From NCBI GenBank assembly GCA_013239625.1, contig MU054391.1, positions 5,849,824 through 5,913,823 on the forward strand: 64,000 nucleotides of DNA, written 5' to 3'. A program made the translations under genes and the position numbers. This document shows positions 25,243 through 39,074 of this stretch, piece after piece. The number at the start of each line of letters is the position of its first letter. Within the stretch, counting starts at the first letter, position 1. This DNA is from Lama guanicoe. Its lineage: Eukaryota. Under the pieces are notes generated by a model. It made no database searches. It saw only the letters and a program-made list of their open reading frames with translations, and was not told the DNA's origin.

Positions 25243-26219
25243 GTGAGCATTGACCAGCATTCTCAGTAACTCTAAGTAACATTAATATTATATAACATTC
25301 TAAAAAAAAAAAAAATTTGTTTTCAAATATTATATAACATTCAAGTGATTCATTTGCATTTGTGCCCAGTCAAGGACCAGTTATAGAAACATCAGTACAA
25401 GAGTGTATTTTTTCCTTATTAAATTATCCACATGAAGTTGATGTCCCTTTCTAGGACATCTTTGTGGATTGTTTTCAAGTGGAACTTGTACTTGTCCTTC
25501 CCATGCTCGGCAGCAGCGCAGTGACTGCAAATCCCAGAGCGCGTGATGAGGTCCACTCAGGACGGCAGCCGTCCCTGCCCCCTTGCCGGAGCCCCCGTCG
25601 GCAGCCAGGCGCTGGACTGGGCGCTTAGCGTGGTCCTTAATTTCCATGTTACGCCAGGACAGTGGGCACTGCTCACCGCTCCTGGGTGAGGCAGCCGAGG
25701 CACGGAGAGCCTGGGAGGCTTGTCCAAGGTCAGGTCGCAAATTAGTGCCAAGGCCGTGACTCCAGATCTGTTCTGACCGACTGCGAAGCCTCTGCTCCTT
25801 CCACTCCACCCTGGGTCGTGTGTGTAGTCGTAGGATGTTGCTCCTTTGTCCAGAAATGAATAGTTTTAGTCCTTTTGGATTTCAGTGCCTGTGCTGTTTG
25901 GCCTGGGTAAGCAGGGTACAGTGTAAGGATCTTTTGGCTTAATTCTAAAACAAGTGAAATTTTCATAATGGGCCTAGTGGGAAGGGTTGGACTTGAAGGT
26001 AGTTCAGCTAAACTTTGAGGTAACTTGCCAGGGAGGAGAATCTGCCAGGGAGCTGTGGCTTTAGATCACTAGATTAATTTAACTGATGTGCTTTCTAAAG
26101 CTGGACCGATGAAGTGCTCCTTCTGTAGGCTTGTTCCCTGTAACAGATACTGTCTGTTGAGGGATCAGTCCATGCTGAAACGAGAACTAAGACAGTGTGT
26201 TTTGTTTGTCACCTGCTCT

Positions 26220-26410
26220 GCGCGTTATCAGTGCTTTGCTCGAGTCCCTCATTTAATCCCAATAACAATCTTATAAGGTAGGCACTATTATTATACCCAT
26301 TTCATAGATGAGGAAATTGAGGCATAGGGAGATTTAAATAATCTACCTCACATGTCATTGCTAGTAAGTGGCAGAGCAAACTGTGACATCTAGGTCTGAC
26401 TCCAGAGCAG
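26220..26410 (-). mobile_element. MIR SINE just upstream of the last GRHL1 exon
   Basis: MIR core: attatacccatttcatagatgaggaaattgaggcatagggagatttaaataatctacc...gctagtaagtggcagagc...aggtctgactccagagc. Confidence 0.8.
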
Positions 26411-26449
26411 GCAGGAGTGAGTGGATATGTCTTGTCTCCCGTCTTCCAG

Positions 26450-26564
26450 GATTCTGGTGAACATGGACGACAACATTGTAAAGCATTACTCCAATGAAGA
26501 TACCTTCCAGCTGCAGATCGAGGAAGCCGGGGGGTCGTACAAGCTCACCCTCACCGAGATCTGA
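26450..26564 (+). CDS. GRHL1: GRHL1 last coding exon (probably exon 16), to the stop codon
   Basis: ttccag|GATTCTG...GAGATCTGA; encodes [37 protein letters not shown]; the 8 exons sum to 747 nt (short form), an intact frame. Confidence 0.97.
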
Positions 26565-28190
26565 GGGCACAGTGACCCACAGCTCCCAGCAAGCGCAGTG
26601 AGGGTGGCACCTGGTCTTTTGGTTCGGCAAGCCACAGGTTCACCAGTCAGCCGCCTTCCAGACGTGGGTGGATGTCAGTGGAAGGGATTCCTTTCAAGAT
26701 GGAGATGGCACTGCATTTGGCTTGGAGATAGCATTGACTGTATTGCGTCGGCGTTTTTCAGATGACAGAGAAATCATATACCATGCTGTCTGAATTTTCT
26801 GATATAAATACTTAGGATTACAAGTGAAAAGTTTTCTCCAAGATATATTAGATTCTCTGGGAACCTTTAGGATATCTGCTACATTACTTACAAAATATTG
26901 TCTCTTCCGCACCAGTGGGCCTGCTCACTAGTGTGAGTCAGAAAAGGCACCAGGCTCGGCTCTGTGTGACTCTGACTGCCTCAGGTTGTGGGCGTGGCGC
27001 CCCAGGAGGACGGGGTGTACCCTTTCCCCCTCGGCCTCTCATCCCCCAGGAAGTGTTTACTCCAATAGGATATGTTACCAAAATCCTCTTTGGCAACGTT
27101 CTTGAACATATCAACTGCCTGTCTCATGAAGAACTGACCTGGTCACACTGCCTCCGTCAGGCTGCAGCTGCGTGTGTCTAAGTGCAATAGATGTTGAAGG
27201 CCTGAGTCTGTAAATGTGTACATACCTGTCTTATATAAATAGATAATATATACATGTGGTGTCTGTGTACATAGAGTGACGAGATGTGGTGACGTCTACC
27301 TTAAAGACTTTCTTGAGATGAGAGGTTATTTGTGGTCAGCTGTACCAAGCGGATGGAATACTGCGCTTAGTCGAACCCGCTGAAAGGCTTTGTCTGTGTT
27401 TTCCCAAACACAGCAGTCATTCCGTGGCATAGCAGAAACCTTCTCAAACAACAGAGATTGTGTTCGCTCTTGAGAATGTTGTTATTTGGATGCACCGTTT
27501 AACAAATGAAGGCAAGAGAAAAAACACTACTGTAGCGCACATCTGCTGCGTGTGCCAGTATCAGTCAGGTGCACCCAACAGAGGGGATGAACACGGCAAT
27601 TTCAGCCCGTGCTGTGATTACTGTGGACTGGGTGGTAGAACTCACAATGGAGTTCTTCCTAATCTTCCTGTGTTAAGAAGTAATTTCTATTCTGTCATGT
27701 TTCATAGCCTTCAGGCTTTGGTTTTCTTGTATGCTCACAATTCTAGACAGCATTCATGAATTTATGAGACTATATTACTATGGCAGGGGAACATTTTGTA
27801 CACATGTTTAAATATATAAAAATACTAAAAAGTGTAATTTTGTTACAAGTAAAATCGCAGGTATCTTTAGGTTCAGGGAGGTAGCATAGGTTATTTGTAT
27901 GAGTAGGATTGATAATTTACATTCTTATTAAAATATTCTAATGAAGTATGTTAAATTGCTGGTTTTCTAAGATAAGATATTAGGGGACATGGGTCATATA
28001 ACAATATTTTATATTTTGTTTTATGAAATCGATTTTGACTTGTTTGTTTTTAATTGTATAATTGAAGATGTATTTTAAACCAAAGGGATTAAATTTTTTA
28101 TGTCTATTTCATAATATGTCATTTCCTGTTACTCAGTTTGACTTTATCCTTTCATTAGTAAGTAAAGCAAAATCTGAGATCTTAAAATCA
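26565..28190 (+). other. GRHL1: GRHL1 3'UTR (3' end approximate)
   Basis: Follows the stop; becomes AU-rich and I saw no obvious repeats; candidate poly(A) signals ATTAAA 27927-27932, ATTAAA 28088-28093, AGTAAA 28161-28166. Confidence 0.6.
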
Positions 28191-31100
28191 TACAGCTGAA
28201 AAGAATCACCTTAGCATTTTCTCCTTATTTCCCAACAGGTATACACAGATCTCTTCCTTCCTCTTAATTTTTCCTTAGAGGGGTCCAAAATGATCCAAGT
28301 CATTGTTAACTGAGGGGGCCCTGAATAATTTTTTAACTACTGCCAGAATTTAACCAGTAAAGCTTAAGGTAAATGCTTTCAGACCTAAAATCTTCATGTT
28401 TTTAGTTTTTAAAACTAAAAGCTTGACAGAAAATGTTTGGCTTAAAATCTACCAGTAATGTTTCCATTCATCAGAATTTCTGAATCAAACGGCTATTGTG
28501 AGCCTATTCAGGTAACCCAGGTAAATGTGGTGGATGGACACTAAAAATACACTTCTGATGCACACACGATCACACTAATGAAGCAGACTCCCTGATAGAT
28601 TTCCTGCAACATCTGTGCACCTTTGTTCTAATCCTTGGGCCACAAGTTGAAAGGCCTGGGGGCAGTCTCCCTCCGGGTCCCCCTGCATTTCCAGAGCCTG
28701 TGGGGTGGGGCCTGCGCTGGATGCCGCTGCCCAGCTCCCCTCACACTCCCTGCCTCCCCACAGCCTGCATTTCTTCCTCCCTTTGTCACTCAGCTCGTTC
28801 TTTTGCCTCAAGACTTGGCTCTGCCCTGGTGGATGGTCCCGGTCCCACTCTCCCCACTGCGCGTGGTGATCAGACCCAGCCCGCCCTCCTCAGCCTCGTC
28901 TCCCTGGATCACTGGGACCCTGCCCGGTGCTAGTCATGTGGCGGGTGCTCAGTAAGGGATTATCAGTGACTAAGTGACAAGCTGGTGCCCTTAACTAGTC
29001 CCATTACTGGCCAGACATCAGCAGGGAGATGGTTTAGAAGTTAGACGCTTAGAGAGGAGTGTGGCTGGACCTGGACCAGTAGCGACAGAGCGGGACCTGT
29101 CTGTTCAGCCGAGCAGCAGTCAGGACAGCAAAGCCTGAGACAGGGCAGCAGAGCAAGTAGTCTCAGGGGCCGGCAGGACACCGTGGGGAAGGGTCACAGG
29201 ACAAGGCAGGAGAGCTGGGCGTGCCCAGTAGGGACCCTAAATTGTGTTCTTGAAAATTCCTGTCCCCCTGTTCACCCTGTGAAGGAGGCATTTGTATCAT
29301 CTGTTATTAGCAGTATTTGCCTCCCACCTGCAAATGCTGGCTACCAGCATATAGCAAATACAGGCTGGGAGGTGGTGTAGTCAGGCCTCGGACCCACACC
29401 CTCTGCCTCCCCTGAGAGCATCACGCCGGGTGTGGGGTAACGACACGCACCCAGACTTGTTTCTTCTCTGTTCAGGTGCCTTCACACCCTTGGTCCTGAA
29501 TGCCTTTAGCTGTCACCCCCTTAAAATTTCTTAGCCAATTTTTTTTTAAATGTATAAATGTAATACATGCTAAGAAAAAAACATAAATCGTTGTAATGAA
29601 TGTTAAAGCTCCATGGAAGGGTCTCTAAGGGATAAATTTCCTGCCACCTCCATCACACACCCCAGGGATAACTATCGACAATCTCTCCAAAGCCGCAGGG
29701 GAGTCCTTTATGCAACTCACACATCCTATGAGGGTCATACTATGTTTTGCAAATGTTGTCATTTGCCACTATTCTTCAGACGTGTGCTCTTTGTAGTGAC
29801 TGCACTGTATTCCATCACATGAATACCATGATCTAACCATGCAGGTGCCCGTGATGGAGATGTAGGCTAAGTTTTGCCAGTACAAGCATTGCTGCAGAGA
29901 ACCTGCTGGCACGTATGTCCTTACAAGCTTGTAAAATGGAATCATAGGGTGAGCTCTGAGCCGAAGAATCCTGAGTCAGGGACTAGGTTCCGTAAATATT
30001 TTGTAGATACTGTAAAATTGCCATCCGAAGCGAACCGATTACACTCCTACCCACTGAGCACGCATGTTTCCTGTCATCTTACTGCTTTGATTTGCATGAT
30101 TTGAATGCAGTGGAGCATAACTTCATGTTCGGTGGGTGTGTGTTCTTCATTTTCTATGTGTTTACGTCCCTGGAAGGATAATCTGTTCATTGTCTCATTT
30201 CCTCACTTCTTTGGCACTTCAGCCCAGTGCAGCCTGACTTCTGTTCCTACCACACCATCTGGTGAACCCTGTGCCAGATGCCTGACGATCTCCTTTAATC
30301 CTCACAGCATCAGTAAAACGGGGGGCTATCACCGCATTTCACAAGTGAGGTCCAGGAGCTCATGCTTCTAGAAAGGGACAGCAGTACGTTCAACTCCAAA
30401 CCTCCATTTCTTTCCACCATCACATGCTGTGTCAGCTGCAAACGCTCTTTCCTAGGTTACTGATGACCTAAAGGCTCTTCTTTTCTCTCTCAAGGACATT
30501 TGACATTAAAGACAAGCTTCTAAATTACTTTGGTATGTCAGCTGCAAGGTTTTGGTTGCAAGTGTCAGAACTCTTCAAGCTGGTGAAACAATAAGGAAAA
30601 TGTACTGCTTTCCTAACTCAGAAGCTGAAGGGTGACCCAGCCTGGTTCTGGATTCCATGCTCTCAGTTGCCCTTCAACCCCCGGCCCGTGCCCCCAGGCC
30701 TCCTTAACCTCTCGGTTTTTTCCTATAGCACTTATCACTTTCCTACCTGCCATAGGTTTTACTTCATTATTTTGCTTATTTTTTTATTGTTTATTGTTTA
30801 CCCCCCTTGCTAGAATGTTCTCTCCACCAGAACGAGGGTTCTGATTGCTCACTGACGAGTCCCCAGTGCCTACAGAAGTGGCTGGCCCCTGTAGACACCG
30901 GGGCGGACGGGTATCTTGCATCAGCCACTCCAGACTCTCACTCCGCCCTTCACCCAGCTCTCCTCCGGGGGGCGCACCTGTGGGGACCACAGCAGCCTTT
31001 TCGGCTGGAGCGGGGAGCTGAGAGGAGGAACAGTGAGGTCAGGGACTGACTCCAGGCTCCCCCACCAGCCACTGCAAGCAGGCTGATCCTCTCAAGGTGG

Positions 31101-31954
31101 TCTCCTCCGCGCGCTCTTTCCCTCCGGTAATGAAACCACCTCCTTGTCCCTTCAGGGGCCAGTGGACCTCGCTGGTGGTCACAGATGATCCCTTCAGGAC
31201 CCCCTGCATTCCATCTTGGTAAATCGTCCCTTTATAATCTCTCTTTGAATTCTACTGTTTTGAGCATGTCATCTGATTCCTGCTGAGACCCTGAAGGCTG
31301 CCACAAGCAATGCATTTTCACTGAATGACTGGATCAATCAGTCCAGTGTTGTAAGATGAATGAATCATTGGCAGCCCCTGGAATATCGCTGGCCTTTGTG
31401 ACCCTGACTGTTCTTTCTTGACTATCCTCTTGTAGGCTACCGCTGCGGAGGAATTTGACCACACTCTCCTCCAAGTGTAAAACACTGAGGGAGGCCCTGC
31501 AGCTTTTAGGAGGGTGACACACCTGGCAGTGGGTGGCTTTTCTTGCAGTGATTAGGAAAGAAAATTTGACTTGTTTTCCCAGCAATGATTCCAACCAGCA
31601 TACACCTGTGCTCAGGTTTCATCGTGTACTTGGAGGAAGATAATTTCAAGGATCTGGGTGAATTTTTCCTTCTGGCTTCTGTTCCTTTCCATACATGGTT
31701 CTCCTGTTAATCTTTATAGAAAATCAAGTCAAAAGCCCAAAAGAACTGCCTCACACACCAGTGCGCACCAGCCCCTGCGATCAGGGGCCTCCTGAGGCTG
31801 GACAGCAGGTTACAGTCACATCTGATCATCTCTCCTCTTGTCGCATGACCTCACGGAAAAAGCACACACTTAATTCTTAGGAAAGTCGTAGACGATAAAG
31901 ATTAAAATAGTGCAGGATAGTTGTTTTTTACTCCTTATTCCCTTTGAGGGCTTT

Positions 31955-32030
31955 CCTTCTTCCTTCTTTTCTTTCCTCCTTTTTCTTCTTCCTTCCCTCC
32001 CCCCCCTTCCTTCCTTCCTTCCTTCCTACT
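31955..32030. repeat. Polypyrimidine (CCTT/CTTT) low-complexity tract
   Basis: ccttcttccttcttttctttcc...ccttccttccttccttcc. Confidence 0.85.
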
Positions 32031-32308
32031 TTCCTGTAAGTCAAGACCTCAACCACTGCCCAGGGAAATTATGGAAAGAGAAAATGCTTGAGGGTTCTAG
32101 CTGGGCTGTTATCTAGGCCAGAACAGAGGCCTCTCCCTGTAAACTCTCTGCAGGGATGAGGCAGGATCCCTTCTGGTCCCCAAAATTTAAAACTCACCAG
32201 GGAGTTTATTACGCAGAGTGCGCTGCCTGGGCCACCTTCCAGAAGGGCAGGAAAGAGCTGCATGTAGTTCACATTTTCTCCACTGAAATGGATACAGAAG
32301 CTTTCCCC

Positions 32309-33655
32309 TAAAATGAGTCTAGACTTAAAGCCTTCACAAAAATTAGCTCCAAGCGGATCACAGGCCTAAATTTAAAATACAACACAGTAAAATTCCTAGA
32401 CAATAACATGGGAGAAAACCCAGGTGACCTTGGGTATGACAATGAAGTTTTAGCTACAACACCAAAGGCATGAGCCATGAAAGAAGCAACTGACAAGCTG
32501 GATTACTTTGAAATTAAACACTACAACTCCGTGAAAGACCAAAGAAGACAAGCTACAGACTGGGAGAAAATATTTGCAAAAAAAAAAAACAACACATCTG
32601 CTAAAGGACTGCTATCCAAAATACACAAAGAACTTTTAAACCTCAATAATAAGAAAACAAACTACCCAATTAAAAAATAGGCCCCAGACCTTAACAGACA
32701 CCTCGCCAAAGAAGACACACAGGTGGTAAATAAGCACATCAAAAGATGTCCGACAGCATCCATCATCAAGGAAATGCAAATTAAAACAACCACATCACAC
32801 CACCACACACCCATCAGAGTGGGCAAAATTCACCACACTGACGGCACCAAAAGCCGGTGAGGATGTGGAGCACCAGGAACTCCTAGATATTGCTGGTGGG
32901 GATGCAAAATGTTCTGGCCGCTTTGGAAGACAGTCTGGCAGTTGCCTAAAAAATCACACTCTTACCATATATGTGATCCAGCAATTATGCTCCTGGGTAT
33001 TTACCCAATGGAGCTGAACATTTATGTCCACACAAAAACCTGCACATGGATGTTTATAGCAGCTCTATTCGTAATTGTCAAAACTTGGGAGCAACCAGAC
33101 GTCCTTCACCTGGGTGAATGGGTAAATCAACTGTGGTCCATCTGGACCATGAAGTACAATTCAGAGCTGGAAAAAAATGAGCTGCAAAGCCATGAAAAGA
33201 CATCAAAGTCATATTACTAACTGAAAGATTTCAGTCTGAAAAGGTGTATGATTTCACCCATATGACATTCTGGAAAGAGCAAAACAATGGGGGCAGTAAA
33301 AAGATCAGTGGTGGCCAGGGTTCATGGGGGAGGGGTGAATGGGTAGAAAACAGGATTTTTAGGACAGTGAAGTGAATATTTTCACTGTGTGGTGGATACA
33401 TGTTGACATTATATGGTTGTCCAAGCCCATGGAATGTGCAACACCAGTGACCCAGAACATCAACTGTGGACTGTGGGTGATGACGACGTAGCATAGAGGC
33501 TCATCAGTGGTGACCAACGTCCCAACCTGGTGAGGGATGTCGCTAATGCGGAGGCCATGCATGTGTGTGTGGAGAGGGGTAGGGGTGAGGCGGAAATCTC
33601 TGTTCTTCCCTCTCTATTTTGCTGTAAACCTAAAACCGCTCTAAAAAAAAAAAAG
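32309..33655 (+). mobile_element. L1MC-type LINE-1: degenerate ORF2 C-terminus, 3'UTR and poly(A)
   Basis: ORF fragments RQATDWEKIFAK...KGLLSKIHKELL and PLWKTVW...DPAIMLLGIYP...TCTWMFIAALF match L1 ORF2p; ends gctgtaaacctaaaaccgctct followed by an A-run. Confidence 0.9.
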
Positions 33656-34809
33656 AGTCCTAATACTCATAAATTTTGTTCCCACACAAATGCACAGACT
33701 TGCTCTCCTTCAGGTCTGAGGTGCCGAGAATGGGCTGCATGCCAGCCAGAACCCAGCCTGCCTTCCACTCCCAACTGTGCATCTAAAGCCAAGAACAAAG
33801 AGTACTCCTTTGGGGGTGCACGAGGTGCCTATCCTGGCTACCCATTCCTGGGTGGTGTCTGGAGGTGACCCTATCCCAAGGTGGGCACGCTGGGTGGCCT
33901 GTCTGCCCAGATCTCGGGCTCAGCCATGCAGGTAGGGTGGTCCAGGTGGACACAGCCCTCCCGGCCTCCTGCAAGCTGAGGCAGTCAGCAGTCTCTGCTG
34001 CAGTTCCCCGGCCCCCAGCATTCGGACTGTCCCCTGGCCTCACTCTCCCACATCCACGTCCTGCTGGACCACAGTGAGGCAGTGGCCTCCTTGCTCCGTC
34101 ACTGCAGGTGGAGCACAAGTGAGCCTGGCTGCTGGCTCGGATGGCCCCGATACCAGGCACCCACGCTCCACCTCTGCATGCGGGCTGTGATAAGAGCAAG
34201 CAAAAGCCCTGGGGGCCGCGCAGGCGGGAGGGTGGACATGCCCCCGGGACAGTAGCTCCTCTCCAGGAGGGCCCTGGGGGAGAAGCCGAGGGAGAGGAGG
34301 AATCTGCCCTTAGAGTCGGTTCTGCCTTTGATTCTCGAGGTGGGAGGGCAGGGGTCATCATCTCCACTTCACAAAGTAGCAAACGGGTTCAGAGAGGCTC
34401 AACCGCCTGCCCCACAGCACACAGCAGCCGACAGAGCCGGCCATCCCCCGGCCCTCCCCAGGGCCGCGTGGCGTCAGCTGTCTGAAGACGGCCTGTCACT
34501 TTCAGTTTCCACTTTGCTCCCAAGAGCTGACTCCTCTTTTCCCATGTTTCTTCTTGTGCAGTCTGTCCTCCAAGCCGGGGATGCCCAGCTCAATAGAAGA
34601 GGGCAGGACGGCCCCCTCGGTCTCATCCAGCTGCTTCCCTTCCCGCTCCCTCCGGGTTGGGTGGGGGCGCTGAGGGGCATCTGTGCCCCTAGCCCTGCTT
34701 TCCATCTCCGGGCAGCTCTCAGAGGGTGCGAGTGGGGAAGACATGCAGGCAGCTCCAGGCCAGCCCCCAGCACCCAGGGGTGCTGTCCGGTGAGACACCA
34801 TCCTCAAGC

Positions 34810-35730
34810 TTTTAGTTCTTTAGGCTGATTTCCTGTAAATCTGTGAATGTATTTCAAATTACTGATTTAAATCTCTGTCTATTAAGTTCAATATTTAGGA
34901 TTCCTCGGGGACAGTTTCTATCGATTTGTTTTTTGATCTGAATATGAGCCACACTTTTTTCTTTGCATGTCTTGTGATTTTTTTGTTGAGGCTGAAACTT
35001 GATAATGTAATGTGGCTACTCTGGAAATCTGACTCTTCTCATTCCCCACGATCTGTTATTGGTTAGTTCAGTGATTTTTCTAAACTAATGCTGTAGAGTC
35101 GACGTTGCATGTTAGTGTGGACACAAATCTCTGCTCAGTTAGCTTAGTGCTTGACTGGTGGTCAGGTTTCCTGAAACATCTGGAACCAGTGAATCTCCTG
35201 GTCTTTGCAGAGGGGCTCCATGGAGGTGCTGGGGCGTAGTGTCCTTGCTCAGCCAGGCTGCTCACAGCTCTGCCCTAGCCCTCACCTCCTGCTGGCCTGG
35301 CCTCCAGCTCAGCCCGAGATGACAGCTCGGGGCCCCGTCAGGTCTTGCCCAAGTGTGCACATAGCCCTAGACTGTGCATGGCCTTTCAGGCTCCCGGGAG
35401 CGTGTCAGAGCCTTTCAAAGCACCTATGCCTTGTCACAGCCCAGTTTTTCCTCTTAAGTCTCTTAGTTGGCCTTTGTCTGCCCAGCTGTTATCCACCCCC
35501 TGAAGCAGCTATGAAATTGGATAATTTCTTCCAGCTATTCTTGACAAGTACCCTTGCACTGGGTGGGCTGAGTTGGGTCAAATAAAGACAGCCTTGCAAG
35601 CAGGGTCTTCCAGGGAGCCACCAGGCAGGCCGAGTAATAACTGTTCTCTGGGAAAGGGGCCTCGAAGGAGCTCCAACTCCTCTCCGGCCCCTGTGATGTT
35701 TGCTGGGTTTTTAGTTTTCAACGCCCCCTC
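34810..35730 (-). mobile_element. Old L1M 5'-region fragment (antisense)
   Basis: ttcctcggggacagtttctatcgatttg...tttgcatgtcttgtgattttttgttgag...ctactctggaaatctgact. Confidence 0.55.
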
Positions 35731-35744
35731 GGAGCTGAAGAACA

Positions 35745-36138
35745 CAGTGGGATACTACACCACTCTGCAGTAAAAAGAAAGAGCTATGGACACATCCGGA
35801 AACATGGATAAATCTCAAAAAAATTATGCCAAGTTAAAGAAACCAGCCCTCCCTCCAGAAAAGAAATGCATACGATGTGACCTCATTCCCATAAAGCCAG
35901 AACATGCCTAGTAATCCCCAGTGACAGGAAAGTCAGTGACGCCTGGTTGGGGTGGGGCCAGGGAGAGTGGGGGGTCACAGAGGGGCACAAGGGACCTTTG
36001 GGGGTGATGGAGATGTTTGTTTTCTTGATTGTGACCGTAGGTTTATGGGTGAATGCAAAGTCAAAACTGATCAAAACCGTACACTTTGAAGAGATGTGGT
36101 TTATTATGTATAAATTAGACCTCAATTAAGGTTTTTAA
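35745..36138 (+). mobile_element. L1ME-type 3' end
   Basis: aacatggataaatctcaaaaaaattatgccaag...tgtggtttattatgtataaattagacctcaattaagg. Confidence 0.7.
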
Positions 36139-39074
36139 TTGTAACGATTACCTGGGTCAATTTACCATCTGAAAACAATTTCTTCCCTTCTCCACAGCTC
36201 CAGTCCACCTGCACCCAGAGCTGACAGCAAGCTGTGTCCCAGTAAGACAGAGGCCACCGGCCAGGTCCCCATGGACGTGGGCCTCCTTCCCCGACCTGCT
36301 CCAGCAGTCCTGCAGCCCCGGGGCCCTGCCCCTGCTGCTCACCTGGCCCCGGCACCCTCCCAGCACTGGCCCCTTCCCCTTTCCCTAGCTGATGCCTATC
36401 ACCCCTCAGCTAAGCTGGAAGCCACCAGGCCGGGTCCAGACCCGCCCTCTGTCCCCTGCAGCCCTGCTCCTGCTCCCCATCCAGGCGCTGCCCCCCTGCC
36501 ACCTGCATACTGGAATCCTATTCGTACAACTGCCTGCGTCAGGAGTAGGTGGGCTCTAGCTGGGCAGCAGGACTGGGCTTCATTCTCCTCGGCGCCCTGG
36601 GAGGCACTTAGCAGGAGCCTGGCTTAAATATCTGCTGCTTGAAACAAACTCAGTAGGAATCTGGAGACAACCTAAGTGTTCAACAACGGGGCCTGAGGAG
36701 GCGGCGCGAGGCACACGGTGGTGGACAGTCAGGAAGGCTCAGGGGCATCTTGGGTAAGGTCCAAGGAGGGTGGAAAGGGCAGGATGCGCAGATAGGTCCC
36801 CTGCACAGGACACCTGTTTCCCAGCTGTCCACGCCCTCGGGACACACTGTGCAGTCCCCGCGGTGGCCTGGTGTGGGCAGGACTAGCTGAGGGAGGAAAG
36901 TCTGAAACTGAGTCCCTGCCTGCCTCTTTCCTTTCTGGCCGTTTCTCCCCCGACAGCCTCTGCCCTTGGTGCGGAGGGATGGACAGTCAGCCCTGAGGGG
37001 CCTCACACCCACTAGACCCGCTATCCTGCCACCCCTGCATCCAGAAAGCCTTCCTGTTGGGAAGCCTGGTCTGAGCCCGGAGAAGCCCGGGTCAGAGGCA
37101 GGAGGGGGAGAGGGGTGCAGCGGGGCCTCCCCACCCCCTGCCCGCCCACCCGGGAAGAGCAGATGCTGGCCAGGCCTCCATGAATTTTGTGCAGCCTTCT
37201 CTGTGTGGCCAACGGCCAGGCAGGGGCTGGACTGTGAATGTCTGGCTCAGCTGGAAGACGGCCACCCTCCTCTCTCTGGCCCAGGCGCACGGCCACAGCT
37301 GGCGCGACGCTACACCCTTTCCCCCACTTCCAGCTCTGGCTTCCAGATAAGTCCAGGCCCCTAAAGTTTCCAGGAGTCACATGTCACTGGCACAGGGCCC
37401 CCCAGTCCATCCTGCCTCCCCCCTTTTTGCTTGGGCCTGCAGGCCACACCTGTGAGTAGGAGAGGACTTCTGGCCCCCAAGGGGGGCCATGTCACCTGCC
37501 TGCAGGGCTGGGGCCCGCCGCCAGAGCCAGACCACAGGGCCACACTCTGCACGGCGAGGCCGAAGGGAACTCAGCCCCAGCACCTGCCCCAGTGCCCTGG
37601 CACCATCAGGCTCCTACCCGGCCCCTCGATGTCCCACCCCCATGGGCATCCATCCTGAGGGCAGGGCTCAGTGACCCATTTTCTCATGCTTCCCACACTG
37701 CGGGTGGTCCTCCCTAAGGGACCCTCCTGGGGGCTCCAGCCTCTGTCACCGGCTTTTAGTTCCCTCACATACTACCCTAGGCCTGGGCTCTCAGCTCTCC
37801 TGGCCCAGTGTCACAGCGCCACAGGGCCACCCTATCCCTCACTCTCCAGACACTGTCAAGTCAGACAGTCACAACTCTTTTCCTGCCATCAGATCTGTGA
37901 CAACACGGGGACACAGGGCTTTTCCGGAGAGTCATGATAGAGTGACAGGGCCTAGGTGTGAACGCATGTCTGCTTGCACCAGAGCCCGAGGAGCAGATGG
38001 AGAAACCAAGGCACCCCAGCCCCGCACCCCACCTGGACCCTGAAGCACAGAGTTGGGGAGGCAGGAGGGCTAAGGGTCCCAACCCTCTCACACCTGCCTG
38101 AGGGGCAGGAGAAGCCACTTCCCACATCCAGCACCTTACGGCTCCTGGTCAGGCAGGATTGCGGGGAGGTCAGCTTGGCTGCACCCCAGCCTCTCGTGAA
38201 GGCAACAGGCTCGTGAGAGGGATGGAAGCCTGAGGCCATCGGATGCTTCCCCCATCTTCTGGTTTGTAAAGTTCCTCCAGCTTGCTGTCCTATCAGACCG
38301 GACCAGGGACTCTCCTAGACTACTTGATGACTGCCGGACAGAGGCAACCAGAGCTGAGAAAGTGCTCCTGGGAGGGTCGGGCAACTCGGCTGGCAACCCG
38401 AGAAGTGGCATCCGCTGGGCCACCTGCAGACCCCTGGGCCGCCTCCAGGTCCCTAGGTCTGTGCGTTCTCCAGGCCAGGCTCCTGGATCTCCAGGCAAGC
38501 TCTAGTCTGCCTGCACCTGCCCAGCTCCCGCCTGGGCTGTTCCCTGCCCTCCAGTCCCAGTTAGAAAACTGGGCAGATTACATGAAGCCACTGTTTCAGG
38601 CGCTGGACGACACTGCAGGGCTGTGGTCCCTAGGGAAGGACACACATGAGGGCAGCTCCACATTCATTCCGGCATTTCTGCCTGGGGGCAGCCCCGACAC
38701 TTTCTAAATCACACACAGGAAGTGAGGCCCAGAGAACAGTGATCTCACTGGACAAAGAAAACAGAGGCTGGAGTTCAGGGCAGCTGAGGTGGCTGGAATT
38801 TATGGGGTTCCAGAAGAACAGAGAAGAGAATTGAGCCAAGAATTATGCAGAGGAGGAGCCCCGCTAAGTTGCACAGGAGTCCCCTCGGGTTTTTGAGCAA
38901 ATGCTAAGCTGCACACCTGCAGGGTGATCATCAGAGCCACCCGGGAGCTGCGGGCTGAAGGGAGATTCTGGGGACACCCCATAATGGGACATTGGAGTTC
39001 TGACAGCCAGAGTGACAAGACCTTGCCAAACACGCCGGGCATTCAGTTGTGACCTCAGAAAAGCCACCCTCTTT

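Noticed and set aside
32477..33220. ORFs with L1 ORF2p similarity as an active or domesticated gene
   Set aside because: Fragmented by stops and frameshifts; ordinary decayed L1MC copy
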